A stretch of 56,872 bases of DNA. Origin: a virus (lineage: Duplodnaviria > Caudoviricetes). Position numbers and translations under genes: made by a program. The notes below the pieces were generated by a model. That model ran no database searches. It was not told where the DNA came from and saw only the letters and a program-made list of their open reading frames with translations. Below are positions 1-10,474 of this stretch, piece by piece. The stretch covers positions 1 through 56,872 of the IMG/VR virus record IMGVR_UViG_3300046170_000355, one strand, 5' to 3'. Within the stretch, counting starts at the first letter, position 1, and every line of letters begins with the position of its first letter.

Positions 1-375
1 GCAAAGGGTCGCTTCTTCAAGGGAGGTTTTTCTATATAGATCAAAAGATTTTGATTTTTTGAAGGGCAATCAGAGCTTTTGCCACGTTGCAAGAGCCGAG
101 GTCGGTGGTTCGTGGTGTGCAATTAAAGCACAACTAGAAAACAACCCCCCATATGTGGTATGTCAAAACACGAACAACGAGCCGAGAGCAGATAATGGCG
201 AAAAATAAGGCTTTTTACGTTGTTTTTTTGCCCTGTAATGTATATTATGCAACAAATATTTGTTTCACATTGTGAAACGCTAGGTACTTAGAGAAAAATG
301 AACAGAATACGAACAAAATTTTACCCCCACCCACGAAAAACCGCCCCACAGTTTGCACAAGGTCACAAGGGTAAG
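1..375. repeat. Terminal direct repeat / circular overlap, left copy
   Basis: 1-375 matches 56498-56872 except 187A/56684G and 193T/56690G. Confidence 0.97.
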
Positions 376-409
376 CAGCATTTTCACACTAATAGGATTA
401 AATCTGTAT

Positions 410-1888
410 ATGGATATTGAAAAATACAAAACACTAGACAAAGAGCAGCTAAAAGCAATGGTTTTGCTTCGTCAAAAGATCGAACAAGAGGGTGCACGCA
501 CTAATTTTATGCGTTTTGTTAAAGCGGTGTGGCCAGAATTTGTCGAAGGACCACATCATCTACGAACATCAGAAAAATTTCAAAAATTTTCTACCGACAA
601 AGCTTGTCGCTTAATAATCAACATGCCACCTAGACATACAAAGTCAGAATTCGCTAGTTATTTGTTTCCGGCATGGATGATGGGACTTAATCCAAAATTA
701 AAAATTATTCAAGCAACTCACACTGGTGAACTTGCAGTTAGATTTGGTAGAAAAATTCGTAACCTAATGAATACAAAAGAATATAAACGTATATTCCCTA
801 GTGTAACGTTGCGAACAGATAACCAAGCTGCAGGTCGTTGGGAAACGAATCATGGAGGCGAATACTTTGCAGCAGGTGTAGGCGGTGCAATCACCGGTCG
901 TGGTGCTGATCTGTTAATTATTGATGACCCTCATTCAGAACAAGATGCTTTATCAGAAACTGCAATGGATAATGCCTATGAATGGTACACCTCAGGTCCT
1001 AGACAACGTTTACAACCTGGTGGATCAATAGCTATTGTGATGACTCGCTGGTCTCAAAAAGATTTAACAGCTCAACTTGTGAAAAAGATGGGAGACCTTA
1101 AAGCTGATAAATGGGACTTGGTAGAATTTCCTGCCATCTTAGAAGATGAGGATGAAGAGAAAAGAAAACCTATTTGGCCTCAGTATTGGAAACTTGAAGA
1201 ACTTGATAAAGTAAAAGCTTCTTTGGTTCCTAGTAAATGGAACGCTCAATGGCAACAAAATCCTACGTACGATGGTACGAGCATCATTAAACGCGAATGG
1301 TGGAGGGTGTGGGACAAGGAAACCACCCCTGAATGTTATTTTAAGATTCAAACATACGATACTGCATTTTCAAAAAAAGAAACTGCGGACTATTCTGTTA
1401 TTGCTACTTGGGGAATATTCTATCCAAACGAGGGTGACGAGCCTCATATCATTTTGCTAGATATCGACAAAGGTCGATGGGACTTTCCTGAACTCAAAAA
1501 AATGGCTATGGAAAATCTTAGGTACCACGACCCTGAATTAGTAATTATTGAAGCAAAGGCAACCGGGATGCCCTTGATACATGAGCTTAGACGAGCTGGC
1601 GTGTACGCCACTGCCTATTCCCCGAACCGCGGTCAGGACAAACATGTTCGTGTTAATACAGTCGCCCCTATATTCGAAGCGGGCCACGTGTGGCGGTCCA
1701 ATGACGACTTCGCAATTGAAATGATGGAAGAGTGTGCGTCCTTTCCTTTCGGAGAACATGATGATTTAGTTGACGCAATGACATTGGCTTTGTTAAGATA
1801 TCGTCAAGGAAACTTGGTGGAATTAGCTGATGACGAAGATGACTATATACCAAGGAGTAAACGAAACTATGAATACTATAACGGTTAA
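410..1888 (+). CDS. terL: Terminase large subunit
   Basis: Walker A-like INMPPRHTKS, Walker B LLIIDDP, coupling motif VMTRW, nuclease acidic residues (YDTA, HDDLVDA); start probably ATG 410 rather than TTG 353. Confidence 0.95.
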   Translation: MDIEKYKTLDKEQLKAMVLLRQKIEQEGARTNFMRFVKAVWPEFVEGPHHLRTSEKFQKFSTDKACRLIINMPPRHTKSEFASYLFPAWMMGLNPKLKIIQATHTGELAVRFGRKIRNLMNTKEYKRIFPSVTLRTDNQAAGRWETNHGGEYFAAGVGGAITGRGADLLIIDDPHSEQDALSETAMDNAYEWYTSGPRQRLQPGGSIAIVMTRWSQKDLTAQLVKKMGDLKADKWDLVEFPAILEDEDEEKRKPIWPQYWKLEELDKVKASLVPSKWNAQWQQNPTYDGTSIIKREWWRVWDKETTPECYFKIQTYDTAFSKKETADYSVIATWGIFYPNEGDEPHIILLDIDKGRWDFPELKKMAMENLRYHDPELVIIEAKATGMPLIHELRRAGVYATAYSPNRGQDKHVRVNTVAPIFEAGHVWRSNDDFAIEMMEECASFPFGEHDDLVDAMTLALLRYRQGNLVELADDEDDYIPRSKRNYEYYNG

Positions 1889-2420
1889 AAAAATAAATCC
1901 TGAGGATAGAAGACTCAAACAAAAGCTAACGCCCAAGCAAATGTTGTTCGTCACGAACTACGTCCAACAAACTTTAACAGGCAAAATTTCGGCAAGCGAA
2001 GCGGCTAGACTCGCAGGCTATTCTTCTAATCGTGCAAGACAAACGGCACATGAATTATTAAATCCCAAATTAAATCCTTATATTGTGGAAGCGATCAATG
2101 AGATAAAACAAGACCTGTATGAGACATCAGGTGTTTCGATGGCTTCTCATTTGACGGCGTTAAAAGAAATGCGGGACGAAGCTCGTGGAGATAAGCATTA
2201 CTCAGCAGCCATCAACGCAGAAGTGGCCAGGGGCCGTGTGGCAGGATTCTATGATCTGAAAAATAAATCCGAAGAAACAATGGATCAGATGTCAAAAGAT
2301 GAGCTCATTGATTTGTTGGAAAAGTATGATTCACAAGGTATAACTCATGATAGAGGTCTGATTGTAGATGATGACAAGAGGTCATTGACTAATGAACCGC
2401 GGACCATGGAGGGTGAATAA
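1869..2420 (+). CDS. terS: Terminase small subunit
   Basis: LTPKQMLFV...SASEAARLAGYS...AHELL HTH pattern of TerS; lies between terL and portal; start probably ATG 1869. Confidence 0.8.
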   Translation: MNTITVKKINPEDRRLKQKLTPKQMLFVTNYVQQTLTGKISASEAARLAGYSSNRARQTAHELLNPKLNPYIVEAINEIKQDLYETSGVSMASHLTALKEMRDEARGDKHYSAAINAEVARGRVAGFYDLKNKSEETMDQMSKDELIDLLEKYDSQGITHDRGLIVDDDKRSLTNEPRTMEGE

Positions 2421-2458
2421 CCCTTGTATGATACTAAAAAAGATATATTTTAAAAATT

Positions 2459-4840
2459 ATGGCAGATAATATTGATAAAGGTTTAGACCTAGGTGGTAAA
2501 CCTGAACTTGAAATTTTAAAAAAAGAAACGGAAGTAATAGTTGATGGACAACAAATTCCAACACCTGAAGGTTTAGAAATTGAAATGGACGAAGAGGGTG
2601 GTGCCACTCTTGATTTTGATCCAAGAGAAGCTTTACCTGAAATAGAATTTTACTCTAACTTAGCAGAAGTTATTGATGATCGTGATTTAGATCAATTATC
2701 AGATGAACTAATGGGAGATTTTGAAAGTGATAAATCTTCTCGTAAAGAATGGGAAGACGCTTATATCAAAGGATTAGATCTTCTAGGTTTAAATTACAAA
2801 GAGAGAACAAACCCGTTCCGCGGAGCGAGTGCCGCTAGTCATCCTCTTCTAGCTGAGAGTGCTACACAGTTTCAAGCGACAGCGTTTAAAGAGTTGTTAC
2901 CTGCAGGCGGACCTGTGCGAACTATTATCATGGGAGAAGAAACACCGGACAAGTATGCAAGAGCTGGACGTGTTCAAGAGTTTATGAATTTTCAGTTAAT
3001 GAATAAAATGGAAGATTATACTCCAGAGTATGATCAGATGTTATTTTATTTACCTTTAGCGGGATCGACCTTTAAAAAAGTTTACTACGATGAGTTAATG
3101 GACAGACCTGTTTCTAAGTTTGTTCCCGCAGAAGATTTAGTTGTTAACTATATGGCAACAGACCTAGATGGCTGCGAAAGAATTTGTCATGTCATTAACA
3201 TGAGTTACAATGATTTTCGTAAAAAACAAGTTTCTGGTTTCTACAAAGATGTAGAAATACTTCCTCAAGAAGCAGAGGCAGATAGAGTCAAACAAAAGTA
3301 TGATCAGATTGATGGTCAAAGACCTAGTTATGCAGATAAAGTTATAAAGCTTTATGAGTTTCATACTTCTATAGATTTAAAAAATTTCGAAGACCAAGAT
3401 GAAACAGGAGAAATGACAGGAATAAAAATTCCTTACATTGTAACTATAGAAGAGGGATCTAGTAGGGTCGTAGGTATTCGTAGAAATTTTGAAAAAGATG
3501 ATCCGAAGAAAATGAAGAAACAATACTTTGTTCAATATAAGTTTTTACCTGGTTTAGGTTTTTATGGTTTTGGTTTAATTCACATGATCGGTGGTTTATC
3601 TAGAACAGCTACTGATATTTTACGACAACTAATTGATGCCGGTACTCTATCCAATCTACCCGCAGGATTTAAAGCCCGGGGTATCCGTATGAGAGACGAT
3701 GCTGATCCTTTACAACCCGGAGAGTTTAGAGATATTGATGCACCAAACGGTGATTTAAGAAACTCTTTTATGCCCCTTCCTTATAAGGAACCTTCTCAAA
3801 CATTATACAGTCTTTTAGGTTTTGTCGTGCAAGCCGGACAACGATTCGCTAGCATCGCAGATATGCAAGTGGGAGACGCTAATCAAAATGCTCCTGTCGG
3901 AACAACAATAGCTTTATTAGAACGTGGTTCCAAAATTATGTCAGCGATTCATAAACGCTGCTACTATTCTCAAAGAAAAGAATTTAAATTATTATATAAA
4001 GTTTTTGGTGATTATTTACCAGAAACATACCCTTATTCTGTAGAAGGTGCTGATAGAACTATTAAAGCAGAAGACTTTGATAGTAGTTTAGATGTACTGC
4101 CTATAGCGGATCCTAACATTTTCTCCACAGCACAAAGAGTTACTTTAGCACAAACTGAACTACAGCTAGCACAAAGTGCCCCTGATTTACACAACATGAA
4201 AGAGGCATATCGCAGAATGTATGAAGCTTTAGGTGTAAAAGATGTGGATCAAATTTTACGAAAAGATACTCCAGTAGCTCCAAAAGATCCTGCTATGGAA
4301 CATTCAGATTTACTCGATGGTAATTTAATGCGTGTTTACGAAGGACAAGATCATGATGCACATATTCAAAACCATTTAATTTTTGGAACTAATCAAATGA
4401 TTTTAAGTAACCCTGCTATGGCTATGAAACTACAGAAACACATTTTGGAACATGTATCTTTAAAAGCAAAAGAACAAGTATCATTCTTAATTAGTCAAGG
4501 ACAACTTCCTGAAGAAGACATGGATCAGGCTATTGCTAGATTAGAAGCTCAGTTCATGGGAGAATTAAAACAAACATCTCAACAACTTTCTGGAGGAGGA
4601 CAACCTGATCCTGCTATACAATTAAAACAACAAGAACTACAACAAGATGCACAAAAAGATCAAATGGATTCTCAAAGAGATCAAGCAAGAATACAATTAG
4701 ACGCTGAAAGACTTAGACAAAGAACTGCAATTGATCAAGCTAGAATACAAAAAGATTATGATATTGCAGATAGGCGAGCTGAAGTTCAGTACGACAAAAT
4801 GACTACGCAAACATTAAATCAGAGAAATAAAAATGCCTAA
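2459..4840 (+). CDS. Portal protein
   Basis: 793 aa after the terminases; HPLLAE, LPLAGSTFKKVYYD, FYGFGLIHMIGGL motifs and a C-terminal coiled coil as in P22-like portals. Confidence 0.9.
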   Translation: MADNIDKGLDLGGKPELEILKKETEVIVDGQQIPTPEGLEIEMDEEGGATLDFDPREALPEIEFYSNLAEVIDDRDLDQLSDELMGDFESDKSSRKEWEDAYIKGLDLLGLNYKERTNPFRGASAASHPLLAESATQFQATAFKELLPAGGPVRTIIMGEETPDKYARAGRVQEFMNFQLMNKMEDYTPEYDQMLFYLPLAGSTFKKVYYDELMDRPVSKFVPAEDLVVNYMATDLDGCERICHVINMSYNDFRKKQVSGFYKDVEILPQEAEADRVKQKYDQIDGQRPSYADKVIKLYEFHTSIDLKNFEDQDETGEMTGIKIPYIVTIEEGSSRVVGIRRNFEKDDPKKMKKQYFVQYKFLPGLGFYGFGLIHMIGGLSRTATDILRQLIDAGTLSNLPAGFKARGIRMRDDADPLQPGEFRDIDAPNGDLRNSFMPLPYKEPSQTLYSLLGFVVQAGQRFASIADMQVGDANQNAPVGTTIALLERGSKIMSAIHKRCYYSQRKEFKLLYKVFGDYLPETYPYSVEGADRTIKAEDFDSSLDVLPIADPNIFSTAQRVTLAQTELQLAQSAPDLHNMKEAYRRMYEALGVKDVDQILRKDTPVAPKDPAMEHSDLLDGNLMRVYEGQDHDAHIQNHLIFGTNQMILSNPAMAMKLQKHILEHVSLKAKEQVSFLISQGQLPEEDMDQAIARLEAQFMGELKQTSQQLSGGGQPDPAIQLKQQELQQDAQKDQMDSQRDQARIQLDAERLRQRTAIDQARIQKDYDIADRRAEVQYDKMTTQTLNQRNKNA

Positions 4841-5090
4841 ACCACAGTATATTATGAGTATGATTGATAAAAAAACAGAAGCAAGAGTTCAAAAAATAAT
4901 AGATGAAACAAGAGTCTTTATTCAAGGTCAAGCAGAAAAAGGTGTTGATCTTGTTGAATTAGCTCAAGTAATGTTAAGTATGAGTCGTGAAGCAATGGTA
5001 GACGCCTATGGAGAGTATGTTGCAGATACTTACATAACTACTCAAATTAGTAGGTTGAAAACAGAAGAAAATAGTTTAACATTACACTAA
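4833..5090 (+). CDS. Hypothetical protein
   Basis: ORF overlapping the portal end in the late operon. Confidence 0.7.
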   Translation: MPKPQYIMSMIDKKTEARVQKIIDETRVFIQGQAEKGVDLVELAQVMLSMSREAMVDAYGEYVADTYITTQISRLKTEENSLTLH

Positions 5091-5260
5091 TGACTAAACG
5101 ATTAACAAAAACTATTCCTCCTAAAAAAGGACCTAAGTCACAAGGAATGGATATTCCTTATGGAAAAATAGTGCCAGTAGGTTCTGTACCAGAAGACACA
5201 AAGAAAAAAAAGGGATATGGAATAGCTTCTAAAGGACTCAAATTCGAAGGAGTATTTTAA
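5090..5260 (+). CDS. Small basic protein (56 aa, MTKRLTKTIPPKKGP...GYGIASKGLKFEGVF)
   Basis: Hand-translated; TAATG overlaps with both neighbours. Confidence 0.75.
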   Translation: MTKRLTKTIPPKKGPKSQGMDIPYGKIVPVGSVPEDTKKKKGYGIASKGLKFEGVF

Positions 5261-5358
5261 TGCAAAAATGGATTAAGGACCTTTGGGATAAACACCCAAA
5301 GAAAAAATGGCTTGTAATCGGTGTAGTAATCGGTTGGGTAGCTGCTCAATACATCTAA
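5260..5358 (+). CDS. Small membrane protein (32 aa)
   Basis: MQKWIKDLWDKHPKKKWLVIGVVIGWVAAQYI; one hydrophobic segment; GGAG upstream; precedes the holin. Confidence 0.65.
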   Translation: MQKWIKDLWDKHPKKKWLVIGVVIGWVAAQYI

Positions 5359-5361
5359 TCA

Positions 5362-5775
5362 ATGTTATCTAAATTATTAGGCGGATCTTTAGTAGACACT
5401 GTCGGTAAAGTTATTGACAGTGTCCACACTTCAGAAGAAGAAAAAGGTCAGATTAAAATAAAACTTCAACAATTAGAAAACGAGATTAACTCCAAGCAAA
5501 TGGATATCAACTTAGCTGATGCTAAGTCTACTGCCACAGGTATCGGTGGTATCATGCAGCGGTCGTGGCGCCCCCTCATCGGGATGTCCTGTGCGTTAGC
5601 AATACTTTGGGAATATGTACTAAAACAATTTATTATGTTTGGTTTAGCTGCATTTAGTGTAGATCATGCACCTTTACCTGAGCTTGACATGTCGACTTTA
5701 TTCCCGCTTGTCACAGCCTTGCTCGGAATGGCCGGCCTTCGCAGCTTCGAAAAATCTAAGAAAATTATAAAATAG
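5362..5775 (+). CDS. Holin (3TM/GTA-type holin family)
   Basis: SWRPLIG, hydrophobic segments and C-terminal LLGMAGLRSFEK. Confidence 0.8.
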   Translation: MLSKLLGGSLVDTVGKVIDSVHTSEEEKGQIKIKLQQLENEINSKQMDINLADAKSTATGIGGIMQRSWRPLIGMSCALAILWEYVLKQFIMFGLAAFSVDHAPLPELDMSTLFPLVTALLGMAGLRSFEKSKKIIK

Positions 5776-5963
5776 TGGATCGTTTCGATTACAAAGTAAA
5801 AAAACTAATTCAACAAAAGATAGAAGAAAGAAAAGAAGATCTTTTATCTAGGGCTTTAAAGTCGTTTGATGAATACCAATATCAATTAGGTAAGCTACAC
5901 GCTTTAGAACAATTTTTATTGGACTACCAAGACTTACATAATGAGGTAATGAAAGATGAGTAA
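5775..5963 (+). CDS. Hypothetical protein
   Basis: Coupled ORF upstream of groES. Confidence 0.7.
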   Translation: MDRFDYKVKKLIQQKIEERKEDLLSRALKSFDEYQYQLGKLHALEQFLLDYQDLHNEVMKDE

Positions 5964-6366
5964 ACTAATACTTCCTAAAGGTTTTCAAAAGAAAACCAAA
6001 ACAAATGAAGAAAAGAATAAAGAACCTGCTATGGAAAGAGTTCCTCAAGCGACAGGTTGGAGAATGGTAATTCTACCTTATAAAGGCGTAGAAAAAACAA
6101 AGGGTGGTTTATTACTTACTGATAAAGCCATCGAGGAACAACAGCTCACTACTAATGTGGGTTTAATATTAAGTATGGGTTCTGATGCTTATGCTGATAA
6201 GAATAAATTTCCTAATGGACCTTGGTGTAAAAAAGGTGATTGGGTAGTATTTGCTAAATATGCTGGCTCTAGAGTCAAAATTGAAGGCGGAGAAATACGT
6301 ATTCTTAATGATGATGAAATATTAGCAAAGTTGAAAGATCCAAAAGACGTACTAACTATCTATTAA
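5956..6366 (+). CDS. groES: GroES-like co-chaperonin
   Basis: EKTKGGLLL mobile loop, GDWVVFAKYAGS, ILNDDEILA. Confidence 0.9.
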   Translation: MSKLILPKGFQKKTKTNEEKNKEPAMERVPQATGWRMVILPYKGVEKTKGGLLLTDKAIEEQQLTTNVGLILSMGSDAYADKNKFPNGPWCKKGDWVVFAKYAGSRVKIEGGEIRILNDDEILAKLKDPKDVLTIY

Positions 6367-6376
6367 GGAGATAAAA

Positions 6377-7288
6377 ATGACTGAAGAAAAAATGGTAGAC
6401 CTTGACACTACAGGAGAGGGTCAAGAGGTTGAACTTCAAGGCGAAGAATCTACTAAAGAAGAAAAAGTCGAAGAAGAAAAAGTAGAGACTTCATCTGAGG
6501 ATAAAACAGAAGAATCATCTGAAGAAGATTCTAAAGATGATGGTTTAGATAAATACTCTAAAAATGTTCAAAGAAGAATTAAAAAACTTTTAGATAGAGT
6601 AGAAAAAACTGAACAACGTGAACAAGAAGCTCTTCGTTTTGCAGAAAACGCTAAGAAAAAATACGAAGATTATGAAAATAAAATAAAGTCTTTAGATGAG
6701 AATTATATTAGTGAATACGAAAGTAGAGTTAAATCTCAAATAGAACAAACTAAAAAATCTTATCAAGATGCTTTGTTGAACAATGATGTTAATGCTCAAG
6801 TTGAAGCTCAAAGAGCCTTGACTAGATTAGCTATTGAAGAAGAAAGAGCATTAGCTTCTAAGCAACAACGAGAAGCTTTACAAAAACAACAAGAAGGTTT
6901 AATGGCTGAAAAACCACAGGAGCAGCAACCTGTTCCTAGACAACCTGATGTAAAAGCAGAACAATGGGCGCAGGATAATAAATGGTTTGGTCAAGACGAA
7001 GCTATGACTTTTACTGCTCTTGCTCATCATAAAAATTTATTAAAAGAAGGATATGACCCTAAAAGTGATGAATATTATGGTGAAATAAACTCTTACATGA
7101 GGAATCAATTTCCTCATAAATTTGGAGAAGCAAAATCCGAAACAAAAGAAAAAGCACCTGTAATGGTGGCTTCTGCTTCTCGTTCACAAAAAACAAGCGG
7201 TTCTAAAAAAGTAAAACTAACCCCTAGTCAAGTAGCAATTGCAAAAAAACTAGGTCTTACTCTTGAACAATACGCTAAATATGTATAG
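6377..7288 (+). CDS. Putative scaffolding protein
   Basis: Acidic N-terminus, coiled coil, C-terminal LTPSQVAIAKKLGLTLEQYAKY; lies upstream of capsid genes. Confidence 0.7.
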   Translation: MTEEKMVDLDTTGEGQEVELQGEESTKEEKVEEEKVETSSEDKTEESSEEDSKDDGLDKYSKNVQRRIKKLLDRVEKTEQREQEALRFAENAKKKYEDYENKIKSLDENYISEYESRVKSQIEQTKKSYQDALLNNDVNAQVEAQRALTRLAIEEERALASKQQREALQKQQEGLMAEKPQEQQPVPRQPDVKAEQWAQDNKWFGQDEAMTFTALAHHKNLLKEGYDPKSDEYYGEINSYMRNQFPHKFGEAKSETKEKAPVMVASASRSQKTSGSKKVKLTPSQVAIAKKLGLTLEQYAKYV

Positions 7289-7300
7289 ATTGGAGATAAT

Positions 7301-7756
7301 ATGGTAAATAAAACGTCAAGATCTAATGAGACTAGGGAAAAGACAGCTCGTAAAACAGGTTGGACTAGACCCTCTTCATTAGACGCACCCCCAGCACCTG
7401 AAGGTTTTAAACACAGATGGATTAGGGAATCAGTCAGAGGTTATGATGATACTAAAAATATCATGGGAAAATTACGAGAAGGTTGGGAATTAGTCCGAGC
7501 TGACGAGTATCCTGATTGGCAACTTCCTACTATTGATGATGGAAAACACGCTGGTGTGATAGGGGTAGGTGGGTTACTGTTAGCTCGTATGCCAGTAGAA
7601 ACTGTTGAAGAGAGAAACTCTTATTACAAAAATTTAACCGAGAGCCAAAAAGAGGCTGTCGACAGCGATCTACTGAAAATTGAGGATCCTCGGATGCCGA
7701 TCAGTAAACCCCATAGGCAAACCAATGTAACATTTGGTAAAGGAAACAAGTCGTAA
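7301..7756 (+). CDS. Head-module protein of unknown function
   Basis: RWIR and REGWELV motifs; lies between scaffold and capsid genes. Confidence 0.7.
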   Translation: MVNKTSRSNETREKTARKTGWTRPSSLDAPPAPEGFKHRWIRESVRGYDDTKNIMGKLREGWELVRADEYPDWQLPTIDDGKHAGVIGVGGLLLARMPVETVEERNSYYKNLTESQKEAVDSDLLKIEDPRMPISKPHRQTNVTFGKGNKS

Positions 7757-7812
7757 TCGGCACGGTTTGTTGAACGACCAATACTAACAACGTATTACAA
7801 AGGAGTAATATT

Positions 7813-8391
7813 ATGGCAAATCAACAAGGCAACTTTGGATTTCGTCCAGTGCTAATGCTAGGTTCTGCATATCAGGGCCAAGGTCAACAACAGATGACCA
7901 TAGCTAGCAACGAAACGAATTCCATTTTTATGGGAGATCCTGTCGTGCTAAACGCAAACGGATCAATCTCTCGTGGGTCCTCTGCTGGTGCTGAGATTGT
8001 TGGTGTTTTTAACGGTTGTTTCTATACAGACCCAACTTCACAAAAACCAACTTTCTCAAACCACTATCCAGGGGCAATTGTAGCTGATGATATCGTTGCA
8101 AACGTAATCAGTGACCCAGACGTAGTGTTTGAAGTCAAATGTGACGATGCAAACGCTGGACGAGCGCAAGTCGGTTCAACTGCTAATATCGCAACTTATG
8201 CAGCAGGATCTACCAAATCAGGTATTTCAGGCGTATCAATTGACGGTAGTACATTTGCAACTAGCAACGCTTCAAACTTCGCTGTTTATGATCTTTCAAC
8301 AGATCCTGACAACAGTGACTATACTGCTGCTAACGCTAACATTCTTGTTAGAATTAACAAACATCAGTATAGAGATACCACAGGAATCTAA
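7813..8391 (+). CDS. Putative capsid decoration/cement protein
   Basis: FGFRP and IFMGDPV, A/G/S/T-rich beta protein directly upstream of the major capsid gene; AAGGAG RBS. Confidence 0.65.
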   Translation: MANQQGNFGFRPVLMLGSAYQGQGQQQMTIASNETNSIFMGDPVVLNANGSISRGSSAGAEIVGVFNGCFYTDPTSQKPTFSNHYPGAIVADDIVANVISDPDVVFEVKCDDANAGRAQVGSTANIATYAAGSTKSGISGVSIDGSTFATSNASNFAVYDLSTDPDNSDYTAANANILVRINKHQYRDTTGI

Positions 8392-8394
8392 ACT

Positions 8395-9318
8395 ATGGCT
8401 ATATCTAGAAGTCAACTCGTTAAAGAGTTAGAACCAGGTCTAAACGCACTGTTTGGCTTGGAGTACGCAAGGTATGAAAACGAACACGCAGAAATCTTTG
8501 ACAACGAATCTTCAGACAGAGCGTTTGAAGAGGAAGTAATGTTATCAGGTTTCGGTTCTGCACCATCAAAAGCAGAAGGTGCCGGCATATCTTATGACAC
8601 AGCGGTCGAAGCATACACTTCACGTTATACACACGAAACAATTGCATTAGGTTTTGCAATAACAGAAGAGGCGATCGAAGATAATCTTTATGATCAGCTT
8701 TCATCTCGTTACACAAAAGCTCTTGCAAGATCAATGGCAAACACAAAGCAAGTAAAAGGTGCTGATGTTCTAAACACAGCCTTTGCTGCTGCGGGTGCTT
8801 CAGGAACTAATCCTGGTGGTGATGGTGTATCACTTATTAATACACAACACCCACTAGCACAAGGTGGTCTTTTATCAAACAGATTAGCAACAGATGCTGA
8901 TTTGAATGAAACATCACTTGAGCAGTCATTAATTGACATTGCTGCATTCGTGGATGAGCGTGGTCTTAAAATAGCCACTCAAGGTAGAAAACTTATAATT
9001 CCAAAAGAATTACAGTTTACTGCTGACAGATTAATGGCTTCAGCTTTAAGAACAGGAACTGCTGATAACGACATTAACGCAATCAGAAATATGGGAATGA
9101 TTCCTGAAGGTTATGTAGTGAACCACTTCTTAACTGACGTGAACGCATTCTACATTAAAACTGATGCACCTAATGGCTTAAAGCACTTCACAAGAACTGC
9201 ACTTTCTACAAATATGGAAGGTGATTTCGATACAGGTAACGTAAGATACAAAGCTAGAGAGAGATACTCATTTGGTTTCTCAGATCCTAGAGGTATTTTC
9301 GGAACTTCAGGCGCATAG
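8395..9318 (+). CDS. Major capsid protein
   Basis: MAISRSQLVKELEPGLNALFG, ITEEAIEDNLY, RYKARERYSFGFSDPRG; followed by a terminator. Confidence 0.92.
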   Translation: MAISRSQLVKELEPGLNALFGLEYARYENEHAEIFDNESSDRAFEEEVMLSGFGSAPSKAEGAGISYDTAVEAYTSRYTHETIALGFAITEEAIEDNLYDQLSSRYTKALARSMANTKQVKGADVLNTAFAAAGASGTNPGGDGVSLINTQHPLAQGGLLSNRLATDADLNETSLEQSLIDIAAFVDERGLKIATQGRKLIIPKELQFTADRLMASALRTGTADNDINAIRNMGMIPEGYVVNHFLTDVNAFYIKTDAPNGLKHFTRTALSTNMEGDFDTGNVRYKARERYSFGFSDPRGIFGTSGA

Positions 9319-9342
9319 TCTATAACAACTAATTTAATAAGA

Positions 9343-9374
9343 GGGGCGTATGTCTTTGACTGCGCCCTTTTTTT
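9343..9374 (+). terminator. Rho-independent terminator after the capsid gene
   Basis: GGGCGTA-TGTCTTTGAC-TGCGCCC stem followed by T7. Confidence 0.8.
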
Positions 9375-9438
9375 ATGTCAAAATACAACTTTATTAACCC
9401 TATGACCCTTCGGGGACTATTAACAAAAGGAGATAGAC

Positions 9439-9915
9439 ATGGGAACAACTACATTTTCTGGACCAGTAAAGTCTGGAACAATTAAAGACACAACAGGAAC
9501 TACTCTTGGATCAGATGTCAAGAACACAGGTTTTGTTGTAATGGCACAATCAGCAATTGCTGATATTATTGGTGCTTCTCACTTAAACCAAGTGATAGCA
9601 ACAATTCCTGCAAATTCACAAATTACCGATGTGGTATTGAACGTCACCACAGTAAACAATGACTCTGGTGCTGCAACTGTTTCAGTGGGAACAATAGCTG
9701 ATGCCAATGCTTTTATTGATGCTGCGAATGTTAAAGCATTAGGTACTACTTATGGTACTCTTGACACGGAAGCTACCGATATTGGCACAACCGATATTCA
9801 AGTGGTAGCTGATTTTACAGGAGCTAGTGGTGATGCAACAACAGGTGCTGCAACAGTGACTGTGAAATATTTACAAAATAATTCAATAGCACTTGCTGGC
9901 GATGTACCTGCGTAA
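9439..9915 (+). CDS. Putative virion structural protein
   Basis: MGTTTFSGPV, T/A/G-rich; AAGGAG RBS. Confidence 0.7.
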   Translation: MGTTTFSGPVKSGTIKDTTGTTLGSDVKNTGFVVMAQSAIADIIGASHLNQVIATIPANSQITDVVLNVTTVNNDSGAATVSVGTIADANAFIDAANVKALGTTYGTLDTEATDIGTTDIQVVADFTGASGDATTGAATVTVKYLQNNSIALAGDVPA

Positions 9916-9925
9916 GGAGTAAATT

Positions 9926-10198
9926 ATGATTAACTATAGATCGGCTAAAGTAACAGCAACAGGAAATGTAGGAACAGGTCCTGCAAGACTTATTGCTATT
10001 CATGCTATCTGTGGTGCATCTGCTGGAAGCATTGTTTTAAAAGATGGTAGTGGAGGATCAACTTTATTAGATCTTGACACTCCTGCTTCTGCTACAGCGG
10101 TAATTGAAACTTACATCGGTGATACAGGTATGAGATTTCAAGATAGAATACATGCTACATTGACTAATGTAACTTCACTGACTTGCATCTTCGGGTAA
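9926..10198 (+). CDS. Putative virion structural protein
   Basis: Small beta-rich ORF; AAGGAG RBS. Confidence 0.7.
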   Translation: MINYRSAKVTATGNVGTGPARLIAIHAICGASAGSIVLKDGSGGSTLLDLDTPASATAVIETYIGDTGMRFQDRIHATLTNVTSLTCIFG

Positions 10199-10474
10199 TG
10201 GCAGACAAACAGCCACCAAAAACTAAAAAATATTTCCGCTCCACTAAATCTGGAGCGGGAATGACTAAAGCAGGTGTTGCTAAATATAGAAAAGACAATC
10301 CTGGTTCTAAATTAAAAACAGCAGTCACAGGTAAAGTAAAGAAAGGTAGTAAAGATGCAAAAAGAAGAAAATCTTTCTGTGCTAGATCTGCTGGTCAAAT
10401 GAAAAAATTCCCAAAAGCAGCAAAAGATCCAAATTCAAGATTACGTCAAGCTAGAAAAAGATGGAAAGTGTTAG
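10198..10474 (+). CDS. Basic protein (DUF6321-like, RRKSFCAR); apparent +1 error near 10466
   Basis: Removing one A at 10465-10467 gives ...RKRWKC* abutting the next ATG at 10475. Confidence 0.7.

Noticed and set aside
9315-9328. AUAGUC-UAUAAC after the capsid stop as a further ribozyme site
   Set aside because: Only 2 bp in stem III and a mismatch in stem I; probably chance.
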